Below are positions 13,032-24,085 of a stretch of 64,000 nt of DNA, one piece after another. Positions within the stretch are counted from its first letter, which is position 1. Each line of letters starts with the position of its first letter. The position numbers and the translations under genes were made by a program. The stretch is from Ruditapes philippinarum (taxonomy: Eukaryota), in contig NW_026853736.1 in NCBI RefSeq assembly GCF_026571515.1, forward strand, positions 1 through 64,000, written 5' to 3'. The notes beneath the pieces were generated by a model. The model was not told where the DNA came from. It ran no database searches and saw only the letters and a list, made by a program, of their open reading frames with translations.

Positions 13032-13963
13032 ATATGCATATTTACAAAAAATATATAAATCTAACGCCTAACAATGCTCTATTTGAAAATGCAGACTTAT
13101 TAACGACCGCGTATATCAACCCTCGAACGGATTAAAGGTCATTTTTCAACATTTGCAAAAAAAAAATAAAAAAAAAAAAAAAAAAAATAGATTTTTCAGT
13201 TGGAATTTTAGTGTTCTTTGAAACATAATTTTTTTTTTTTTGGGGGGGGGGGATATTTATTATTCTATATATTATGTAACTGAAAAATATATATAAATAA
13301 AAATTAGCAAAATAAATAAACAATAAAAAACAACAACAAAAAAAACAACATTAAACTGAGGTGTGTTGCTTTACATTGAATATCTAGATACTATATTCTG
13401 ACATGAACATGATTTTCTTTCTATAAATACAGGATTTTTTTCATCGAGTTGTATGAAATTATCATTTCATGAGCGGCGTAAGTTTCATACCACAGAATTT
13501 TCTGTTTATTATATACAGCTTTTTGACATTACAATTTCAAAGACATCCCTAATAACATGCACATTTTAGAAGAAAGTAGTCTGACCATACACTAGTGGGA
13601 AAAAAACTGGAAAAGGGGCAATAACTAAAGTAATAATGGTAAATATATCTTGTGTGCATAGCACGCGACACCGGGTCTCGGAAGATCATATTTAAAATCA
13701 AAGGGCTGCAACCTCTGTGGTATTTTCTGATCTTTGCATTCTAAATCATACTGACTAGTATGTATTTTCCTATATAAGTTTATTTTTATATACAATAATT
13801 AATCTTACGCAGCGACTGCGTCTATAACAGTTTGAGATTGATACATATGGAATTGTGCATGACTAGAGTTGCCATCAAAAAATCATTTTCATTTTTATGA
13901 CGGCCATACTTTACCCTTGCATATCGTGGCTACTTCCTTAAAAAAAGACACTTCAAAAAAAAG

Positions 13964-14036
13964 TTGCCTCGACTAGGATTTGAACCTTGGGCCTTTCACA
14001 CCCTAAACGAGCGCGCTACCTCTGCACCACGGTGAA
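13964..14036 (-). pseudogene. tRNA-Pro(AGG)-derived pseudo-tRNA
   Basis: Minus strand CCGTGGTGCAGAGGTAGCGCGCTCGTTTAGGGTGTGAAAGGCCCAAGGTTCAAATCCTAGTCGAGGC followed by T8. Anticodon loop TTAGGGT and T-loop GGTTCAAATCC match tRNA-Pro, but the acceptor stem does not pair. Confidence 0.55.
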
Positions 14037-14941
14037 GTAATACATATGTACCTTGAATAATAACAAATACATTGTAATTCTAAATTGAGAATTTCCATTC
14101 CGTGTTTGTAATCCTTACTAATTTTGAGGTATTTTCTTCACTATAAACCTGTTGTTTAACACTGATGAAAATAATTTAGCGAAAATCTTCTCGCCAAAAC
14201 AGTACGACATGTATATATTCCACTACTCGACAGTCAGATTTATTTGTGTACTACGCTCTGGAGTATTCGGTAATCGACATCGCTAAAAATAGCATTTTCA
14301 TTGATTAAGCTTTACGAAAATAGCCGAACATTTTTCATTGGGTAAAAAAGATATTCATCCGCGAAATTTGTGATTGTAACCTCATATTTCTATTGACTAC
14401 TCTAAACTTTTAATGCACTGTAATTCGTTAAATCGAACATTAAAAATTATTCTTTATTTTAAATTGCTGGTTTTTAAGCAGTTCTGAATACTGCTTATAA
14501 ATTTGTGTTAGACCGTGGATGTTAGCTATGTATTTACTGATCTTGCGATCAGAAAATACAAAAACAACTACGGCAATTCGAAGGATAACAATTAAAGCAT
14601 ATTCTCATATAAAGAAACGCAGGCTGACACCTATCGTACAAGTTCATCGACAATTCTCTTCCTAACCAGAAAAAGGTGATTTTATGGTAAAATGTTTTCG
14701 AATTATTCTTTACGGACCGAGTGTCGAAATAATCGACCATAAAAATTTTACTCATATATAGGTTTTAATTAAGAATATATAATGGTAATAATCAATGTCA
14801 ATTCAGTTGAATCATTTTACTTCGACACTAGGAAAAATTATACTAATCGAAGTTTGATACTCATTGAAGTTCTACTGTATTTACATATAATTTCAAACTA
14901 TTTGAAAATTTCTGTTTTGTGAACATAGTTATAAGATCATA

Positions 14942-16637
14942 TTATAATATTTTGAACTTTTGCATTTTTTTATCACCAGTTTGAAACAACACAAAACGAA
15001 TTACATGGTGAGACACAGATAAACGTGGGGTATCTTATATCTACCTTGAAGGTTGATAAGATTTCGCCAATTCGAGATATTTGAACAATGCTGTGTGTCC
15101 TTGCACTGCAAACAAGGATAGTGTCAGAGGGACCAACTGCTACACCACGTGGTTGCTGAATCTGGTCATCCTTCACTACTACTTGTGTGTTTGTCTTGAT
15201 ATCATATAAGTAGACAACGTTTTCATACCTATCTGTGAGAACAATCGTGTGTGCACTTTTTACATATGTGCAAGCACTTGCACGTTCAAGATATTTTGTG
15301 TACGGGAAATTGACATTGAAATCGTCCTCTTCTCCAGAAGGTGATACGATGCGAACGTGCCGTACATCATCAAAAGTCCCTGCAACAAAATGTTCTTCAT
15401 CTTTCAGACATATAGAGCAGTACTTTGTCTTCACCTGGCAAGTTCTATTCAATGATATCTTATTATTATCGCTTATTTTCAAAAAATCTATTTTATAACA
15501 TTCACCGCTTGTCACTACCACATCTTCATTAGAAACAACAGCAAGGTCTCTAGGTGTGTAAGAAAACTGATATGAACCTACTTTCTCAAGCTTCTCATTG
15601 TAAACTAAGCATTTCTTATTATTACTATCAACGGCAATCAGTCTACCATCAGGTAGAAGATCTAATCCAGCATACAGTGGTTCATTAGGTTCATCCTCAT
15701 TTTGCTTCAAATCTATGGAAATAACTGGTGTTAGTTTCATTGGACTCAAAGTTTTTAAAGGTTCTAACTTCAAAGTCAGTTGACCCGGCACATAACTAGA
15801 AGTCGGCAGTAGGGACATGTCCAATTTGTCATCAAATTTGAAAGAAATTACCACGGTCTCTAAGGCTTGACATTCTGCATTGACTTTGGTGAAAAGATTA
15901 TTAACATCTTCTTGCATTTTCTTTTCTACAATAAATTGCTGGACCGACGTACCATTTTTATACACGTTATTAATGGTTTCAAGATTTTGTGTTGCGTCAG
16001 CTACGTATTCCTCATTCTTTGATTGCTTCTTATCAAGCTGTGCAATAGTCTCTGTCTTAAATTCCTCAACTTTCTTTACAACAGAAGCCTCCAAATCTTC
16101 GAACATTTCAATAACTCTGTCTCGCTTTCGCCTTATTGTTCCGGGTATTTCTTTAGCATCAAGTTGAACTTGCCCTTTTGCCGAGATAATCGATTTTACA
16201 ACATGCTCTGCATTTTCCTTAACTTCTTGCCATTTTCCCTTTAAGCTTGATCCTTGAGAAGTAAACATTCCGGCGATCTTCTGTACTTCAACAACACTGT
16301 GACATTTACGGTGGTCAACAATGGCACAAGTACTGCAGCACAGCTGGTCTTCATCTTCACAAAAGAATTCTACAAGTTTTTGATGCTGATCGCATTGATC
16401 TAATCCTTTCATATCAATCATTCCTTGTTTCGCTTTTACTTCACTGACATTGACCAATTTGTGCGTTTTCAAGATGGAAAGCATGGCATGTACATTTGAA
16501 CAATCTATACACTGGTATTCATTACAAGTTGAACAAAACTTATCTGCTACAATATGTTTATCCTTATTTTAACATGGCTGGCACAATATTTCCTGTACGC
16601 GCCCAGGGACTGCATCATGCCACCCACTTTCCGCCAT
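14942..16637 (-). pseudogene. Second TRIM-like (B-box/coiled-coil/NHL) copy with an early stop and a C-terminal frameshift; 503-aa residual ORF 14973-16484
   Basis: ATG at 16637 gives MAESGWHDAVPGRVQEILCQPC, then TAA (16569-16571) where the paralog has TTA. Near the end, an ~8-bp deletion shifts GDKKMQKFKIL* out of frame. Confidence 0.7.
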
Positions 16638-17046
16638 TTTGTTAAGTATATATGACTAGTCAATACGTGTACACAAAGATAATTTGTGTTTACATAGATT
16701 AAAGCTTTAAAAGAATGCGCACGTGAGTTAAGTAACACATATTCAAACACATGCTCTAAACCTTAAATTATTAGACTGGTAATATCAATTTTGTTGTACA
16801 TTACACGCGTTGTTAAATATACGCATTTATATAATTTGATAAAATATATGAATATACATATATAATTAATGTACATGTACATTAATTTCTAAAAGGAAAA
16901 TGTCAAGTAGTTAAGGTTACCAATTTTTTGAAAACGAACTTACTGTTTCTGTCCAGAGAAGGAAATCGACCAAAGTATGTGCATTTTTTTGTTAACACCG
17001 ATTAAATAAAAGTTATTATTTCATCTTGACATTATGTGTTCATTAA

Positions 17047-17349
17047 AGGGACTCCATTGAGGTTTAAAAGCCTAAAAATGTAACATTTGAATTTCTTACA
17101 TAAATGAGCTGGGGCATTTTAAACAGAAATATATGCAAAAAATAGTTAAGAAATATACTTTGAAATAAATTGAAAATCGTATGTTTATGCTTTTCTTAGC
17201 CCAATTTGAATTATTCTGGTAAAACGAAGTGCACAAATGATCTGAAATTTTGCACAAAGATTAGTGGTCTAAACCTACATCAAATGGTTCATTTACCTGG
17301 AAAAAATATTTTCAGTCCCATCATGTCAAAAAACCACAGTGGAGTCCCT
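17047..17349. mobile_element. MITE with TTAA target duplication (Kolobok-type termini)
   Basis: TTAA|AGGGACTCCATTGAGGTTT ... AAACCACAGTGGAGTCCCT|TTAA. Confidence 0.8.
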
Positions 17350-17426
17350 TTAACAAAAAGGTGAAAAAAATCTGAGTGTCGGGTTGTAAAGCAATGGTTT
17401 TGCACTTACCCGAAATAGATATGTTG

Positions 17427-17765
17427 TTCTTGCATACCAGTCTGGCGTTTCCGTTAGTTTTACTCATGCCTGAAATTTCGTTTGGCATTGGGGCCGGGGT
17501 GCCAGATGAGTCGCATGCCGTACAATGGCACGCTTAGGATGACGTGGTTTTTCCGTTATGAATGAAGTTGTAATTTTATACGCTGTTGTAAGAATATAGT
17601 ACGTCACATTTCCATGGAAAATTGTTTTACTAAGGTTAAGAGTTAAAAATATAATGGAATATTGTAGAATATGCAATATAGAATATTGGCAAGCCTCGTT
17701 AGGGCTGGTTCCCTCGGGACGATATTCCGATCTGAACCGCAGCATATGACAGATATTATTATTCT
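17427..17765 (-). mobile_element. Non-autonomous interspersed repeat; inverted copy of 21033-21445
   Basis: TTCTTGCATACCAGTCTGGCGTTTCCG..TTTTAC.CATGCC.GAAATTTC and ATGACAGATATTATTATTC match the reverse complement of the 21-kb copy. Confidence 0.75.
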
Positions 17766-19715
17766 GCATAAAAGGCCCGTTTACGAGGTTGCATAAAGAA
17801 CATCTTTCGCTATACATGTATATCTCAATATCTCAATTACATTTTTCTCACTTCTCAGTTTGGTATATAGAGGACGTTGAATGAGTTTATGTTAAGTACC
17901 GATTTTTTAACAAGTTGAATAAAGTTTTCTTGCATAACAAACATCTCTCAACCTCACTCCTGTACAACAACTTGCGGTCTTTTATAAATGAATGGCTCGC
18001 CCAGGATGACGCCATATCGCCATTATGAATGAAGTCAAAAAGTACTTTTAGAAAACGTGTAATTTCGCCATTTTTTCCCGAACTAAACGTAATATACAAG
18101 AAAAAGAATCACTGTATGTCGTTACAAGAGGTTCTAAATTTACATCTGTTTTAATATAATCGATCGCAAAAATATGAAAAAAAGCAGCAAAGCTCTATTA
18201 AATCTAATGTTTTTATGGTTTGGATTTGTAAAACATGTGCAAACAGTTAATTGTGTATATAAGTAAGCACTGGCTAGAATGACGCCAACGAATGAATGCT
18301 TATATGACGAATGTAGCTAAATATAATATATGGCTACAATGAACAGAATTTGATATCTATTTAAACCCCATATCCGAAACAATGATTTATATGATGACTT
18401 CTCCATAGTGTTGAGGTTGATTGCTGGCGACATCCATTTTTGCGTATTAAATTGAGTTTAATGAATCTCATTTACAGCCTTAATACATTAGAACCAGTCT
18501 ACAAACATTGTTATGCGCATGCTTCACTTTTAATTACGACTTTACTAAAACGAAAAATTAAGACCGACTGTGAAATTTGAAAAGGCGTATTGTTTTTAGG
18601 ATAGTATATCTGGTCAACATTTTTACTCATTTCGTTGTAAAACAATTGGGTCATTAACAGCCCAGGTCATTAGCACAGTTCAGTTATTTTTGGATATGAT
18701 CATTCTACGTCACGCGGCAAGTAGAGGTCTTTCCCGGGCACACTTGTTCTAATTATAGCAAATTTGCACACTTTAAGTACTATTTTTTTAGAAAAAAATG
18801 TCAGATTTTATGAATGAAATTTCTGCTTTGTCTATATACAGGTTGCATGCACTTGATTGAAATGTTGAGCTATATAAAAGAGATTTTCTCAATTTATTTT
18901 TCTGCTGTTGACAAGTTTAAAGAATAGTTAATCAAAAGTTAGTGTACCAATCTTGTAAACCATAAACAGTACAAATATATTTCCTTTTTGCAAGTTTATG
19001 CTGCACTATGTTGCAAAATTGAAATGACTTCTTAAGCGAAGAATGACTGCAAAATCAAAACATGCAAAAGGTCAGATTTCAATTTTGAATCATCGTTCAT
19101 TTGGGGTTTTTAGTAGAGCTAGAATACTGAAAAACAAAGCATTACCCAATCATTTTTCAACAATTCATGTTTGTATTGAGCACATTATTGATCCGCGCAC
19201 AGGCACGGAGCTATTTGTGTTAACTATCTTTTTTGCCCATGGGCCCGGATTTTATCAATTAATCCCTTCGATTTACAGCTAAAAATAAATTCGGATTCAA
19301 GAACTCCTTCCGATTTTTATTATATTGGTTTCCCCTTCAGTGATTCGCAGCATGTCATATTAATGAATGAGAACCGGAAAGCAGTTCTGCTGTACATGAA
19401 TTCGAAAGCTATAAATAGCTGTATATAAATAAATGTTCTGATTTTTGACACTTATAAATTTGTTATTTCCCTTTTTTAGTAGTACATGAAATTATAATTT
19501 GTTACATTTTGAATTACATATACACACAGCATATCAAGTATACTATTAGTGATTGAATTTGTCAATATAAAGAAGATTTCAGGCATAAGACTGTAATAAT
19601 TTTGCTTTTGATAATTATTCTTAATTTATATTTATGAAACTAAATGTTTAATAATAACATGTTGATATATTGGTTGTTTTGAAATAATTATAACTTTAGT
19701 ATATAACGTTATAGT

Positions 19716-19824
19716 CTTCCGACTTCCCTTCGTGGCGTGCACGTCGCTCGGAAGGCATAGGTAACACCAGATGGGTGACCTATTTAGGTCATTTAGCTGG
19801 TGTGACCTAACCAACGACGAAGGG
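19716..19824 (+). ncRNA. Putative HDV/CPEB3-like self-cleaving ribozyme
   Basis: P1 CTTCCGA/TCGGAAG; P2 CCCTTCGTG/C(G)ACGAAGGG; P3 GCG/CGC; L3 TGCACGT; P1.1 GC/GC; long P4 hairpin 19758-19809; J4/2 CCAA. All elements occur in the canonical order. Confidence 0.68.
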
Positions 19825-20100
19825 TGTGGCCCTAAAGAGAGCTGCTGCTCCCGGAAGAGGTGCCTTTCCTCTTTTGTCAACCTTTGTTCAAGAAGCGAGG
19901 AATTGAGTCCTAGAGAAGGTCTACGACGAACGACAGCATGAAAAGACCTCCGTCGCGGCTCTACGACATCGACGACGTTGCAGGCGAATAAGTCCTCCGT
20001 TGCAGGCTCTACGTTACCAGCAATCGTAATAGAGGCCGACTAGTCTGGGACATATGGGAAACTGGCGCCCAGTATAAATAAAACCTAAAACAACAACAAC
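19716..20100 (+). mobile_element. Candidate ribozyme-headed non-autonomous retroelement
   Basis: Sharp GC-rich island in very AT-rich DNA that starts at the ribozyme fold, has no long ORF, carries an internal CCTCCGT.GC..GCTCTACG duplication, and ends AATAAAACCTAA(AAC)4. Confidence 0.5.
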
Positions 20101-21032
20101 AGCATCATTAGTATTGCATTGAGGAAAAGTAAATTTACACCACTTTGTGCTTCAAAATTAACTCTTTAAGGGCATGACTGGTGACATGTCAGGGTGACAT
20201 GTACTCGACAGCGAAAGCTGCAATTCGTGCCCTTACGATCAGATGGACCCTCATTAAGCATATGTTAAAGATAGATTGAAAGCATCATTGGTAACAACAG
20301 AACTTTGATCTGCAGTTTGAACATGAGGTGCAATGTTTTTTTATGAATGGTTTTAAAGCAATTCAACAAAAAGTATATTGATCTCCCAATAAATCAATTA
20401 ACAATAGTTTTTTAATATATCACCAATGTCAAGTAGCTTTTATTCTTTGACTCGCACGAACATGATGTTAGTGAATTTCCTCATACCTGCCTAAAATTCT
20501 ATTATAATCACCATGTAACGCGTGTATAACAAACAAAAATTCCTGAATTTGGTCTTTTTAAAATTAATCCCATTTTTTCATTCCTGTGTGTTCTACTTTC
20601 AGTATTGAAAGAAACCATTTTTTCTAAAATTTGACATGAAAAGAATGCATGTAATATTACTATATTAAAGTATATACATGTAGTCTCTTTTGTTACTATT
20701 TGTATATTTGTTACAATTATAATAATAAAAACACAGACTTTGATATTTTTATCATCTTATGTTACTGACTACAGTAGTTACACAAACAGGACACAGTACA
20801 GTCATGTCACATAACATTTACAAGTCTTGTAAGTATTGTTTGTATTCAATGGAATTACTTTCCTTACCAGGTAGGCATCAGTGAAAGCACTATTTTAAAT
20901 TAAATATCTGGCCCCTCTTTTTAATTATGGAAAGTGCATAAGATAAGTATAATTATGCAAAAAATGGTTTACAAAACATTCGGAAAAAATCTACAATAGT
21001 ACTTAATCTGAATATAACATGACCTGTGCGTA

Positions 21033-21445
21033 GGAATAATAATATCTGTCATATTTTGCGGTTCGGATCAGAATATCCGTCCTGAGGTGACCCGCCCATT
21101 GGGCTGTAACGAGGCTTGTCGAGTTACCGCCCATGGGCGGGTGACCGAGGGACGGATATTCCGATCCGGACCGCAAACATATGTCAGATATTTTTTCTTG
21201 CATATTCTACCATATTCCATTATACTTTAAATTCTTTATCTTTATTTTCAATGAAAATTAATATCATTACAACCATAACTACTTTCTTACAACGGCGTAT
21301 GAATTACAACTTCATTCATAACGGTAAAATGACGTCATCCTAATCGTGCCATTGTACAGCACGCGACTCATCTGGAACCCCCATGCCAGATGAAATTTCC
21401 GGCATGGGTAAAACTCACGGAAACGCCAGTCTGATATGCAAGAAT
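21033..21445 (+). mobile_element. Non-autonomous element with an internal ~165-bp palindrome
   Basis: AATATCTGTCATATTTTGCGGTTCGGATCAGAATATCCGTCC ... GGACGGATATTCCGATCCGGACCGCAAACATATGTCAGATATT; second copy at 17427-17765. Confidence 0.75.
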
Positions 21446-22129
21446 AATTTGGTAAGGTATCTGGTAAGGTATAATGAGCGCATTCTCAATTGAACATTGT
21501 TAAGCGCAGCATTCAGGTAGTGCAAGGAGTCCTGCAGACTGGTTTCCGCAAGTGGGTCACGCACCAATCCACTTTTGCAGCTGTATGCGCTTTTTGTTGG
21601 GGTTCATTGAGTTTATTGGAGTTGAAGAGTGGTTGTTGTTGAGTTGTGTTGTTGTAGTTTAAGTGTTTACTTTGCTTTTAGACTATTGCTAGTATACAAT
21701 TATGATGCATAATTTTATTTTAATTGATTTTGTAATCATGCTTTTACTTGGACTGAATCTTTACAAGCATATAGTTTTAAATGATAGACATTTTCAGTGA
21801 AAATGTGTTAAGGCAGATTTCTGTTAAAACAGAGTAATTTCGTAACAATATCACAAGCACTATTTTATGACCTTATGAACCGTATATGGAAATTGGCTGC
21901 TTCTTTAACTTCGGAACACCTCGCTGATTTTTCCTAATCTGAGAGACTGACGGAAATAGCCGATATTTTGCTTTTGTTTGCAGATGCCATTCGACTAATC
22001 AGAAGTTCTTACTTTCCCGCTATTTGAACAATTAAATAATCTCTTCAACAGCTGTAAATAGACATCTCGCATGCTTCTTTTTAAAGAAGCAAACTTGTAT
22101 GAATTGTCGTCAGTATACCTGTAGATTAT

Positions 22130-23790
22130 AGGTTACACTGATATACCGGAAGACTGCATATTGCACCTATTTTTCCGATGACTGGAGTTAACACCTGAAT
22201 TCCGAAAGATAGTAGTGGGCACCAGTATTCCGTAAGAGTGTTCCTTTTACCAGTATTCCAGAAGATTGTCGCGTGCAACAGTATTCCGGGAGATTGTAGC
22301 GTCAACAGTATTCCGGGAGATTGTAGCGTCAACAGTATTCCGGAAATTGTAGCGTGCACCAGTATTCCGAAGGAGTGTTGCTTTCACCAGTATTCAGGAA
22401 GATTGTAGCGTGCACCAGTATTCCGGAAAATTGCAGCGTGCACCAGTATTCCGAAGGAATGTTGCTTTCACCAGTATTCCGTCAGATTGGAGCGTGCATC
22501 AGTATTCCGTAAGATTGTAGCGTACACCAGTAGTCCGTAAGATTGCAGCGTGTACCAGTATTCCGGATGATTGTAGCGTGAACCATTATTCCGGAAAATA
22601 GTAGCGTGCACCAGTATTCCGTAAGAGTGTTGCTTTCACCAGTATTCCGGTAGATTGTAGCATGCACCAGTATTCCGTAAGATTGTAGCGTGCACCAGTA
22701 TTCCGTAAGATTGTACCTTTTACCAGTATTCCGGAAAATCGTAATCTTACTAGAAAACATGTTTTGTTTAAATGGACAAGAGATTGTACCTTTTACCAGT
22801 ATTTCGGAAAATCGTAGCGTGCACCAGTATTCCGGAATAGTGTTGCTTTCACCAGTATTCCGTAAGAGTGTTGCTTTCACCAGTATTTCGGAATAGTGTA
22901 GCGTGCACCAGTATTCCGAAGAGTGTAGCGTGCCACAGTATTCCGTAAGAGTGTAGCGTGCACCAGTATTCCGGAAAAGTGTAGCGTGCACCAGTATTCC
23001 GGAAGAGTGTAGCGTGCACCAGGATTTTGGAAAATTGAAGCTTGCACAAGTATTTCTGAAGATAGTAGCTTTCAACAGTAGTTGGGAAGAGTGTCGCTTC
23101 CACCAGTATTCCGGCAAATTGTAGCGTGAACCAGTATTCAAAAAAATTTAAGTTTTTATTAGTATGCTTGAAAATTGTAGGGTAATCCTTTAGTATTCAA
23201 GAAGTTTGTAGCTTGCAACCTTATTTTGAAAGATTGTAGTGTGTACCATTATTTTGAAAGATTGTTGCTAGCACCATTATTTTGGAAGATTATAACTTGC
23301 ACCATTAGTTTGGGGGATTGCAGCGTGATCCCTGAGTATTCCGGAAGATTGTATCTGGAAAGATTGTAGCTTGTTCCATAATTTGGAAATATTGTAGCAT
23401 GGACCATTATTTTTGAAGATTATAACTTGCATTATTTTGGAGGATTATAGCTTGCACCATTATTCTGGAAAATTTGTAGCGTGATCTCTGAGTATTCCGG
23501 AAGATTGAAGCGTGCACCATTATTTACAAAGATTGTAGCTTGTTCCATTTTTTTTAAAGATTGTAGATTGCGCCATTATTTTGAAAGATTATAACTTGCA
23601 CCATTATTTTTGACAATTTTAGATTGCAGGGGTGTTCTGGAAGATTGTTGTTTTTATGGACAATTGTAGCGTGCAGGGGTGTTCCGGAAGATTGTAGCTG
23701 GCACCATTTTTTTTTGAAAATTGTAGCTTGTACTGTACCATTATTTTGAACAATTGTAGAATGCGCCATTATTTTGGAAAATTGTATTGC
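22130..23790. repeat. 28-bp satellite array (~1.65 kb)
   Basis: Units GATTGTAGCGTGCACCAGTATTCCG(T/G)AA grading into GATTGTAGCTTGCACCATTATTTTGGAA. Confidence 0.93.
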
Positions 23791-24085
23791 TATTTTGATA
23801 ACTGTACCTTACATTTGATGTTGTAATTATTGCAACATTATCATTCAAGTAAACTGTATTTCTGAACGAGTGCAACAGCATTATTGTAGGAACGATTGTT
23901 TATATACATGTACAATGTATTACTCTTTCGGAAATCAATAAGTAACATAAGTATTTGAAATATTGGGATGTCACTTAATTTGATTGGAAAAATCATTGTC
24001 TAGGCCTTTAAGCTTTAAGGTTATTTATTTCTTTAATGTTTTCAGTGTTGATATACTATTTTTGATAATTTGACAAAATTAATGT

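Larger units (their letters stand above)
4600..16840. repeat. Tandem segmental duplication, unit ~6 kb (4600-10260 vs 11060-16840), each unit with one TRIM-like gene
   Basis: Non-coding blocks 4600-6810 and 11060-13210 align (e.g. AAGTGATT..CGGATACG.CAAAA.CATTACATGTAGTGTTTAAAA); the coding and upstream regions are also homologous. Confidence 0.85.

Noticed and set aside
20063-20071. TGGCGCCCA as a tRNA-Lys primer-binding site
   Set aside because: Only 8-9 nt match, and no upstream LTR end or downstream gag.
21990-22125. Possible orphan terminal exon (YTDDNSYKFASLKR..) on the minus strand
   Set aside because: About 40 codons with no recognisable domain or partner exons.
22126-23769. EYWCTL-repeat ORFs and a CRISPR-like appearance
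   Set aside because: Contiguous 28-bp tandem units with no unique spacers and no cas genes in a eukaryotic context; the same peptides cycle through all frames.
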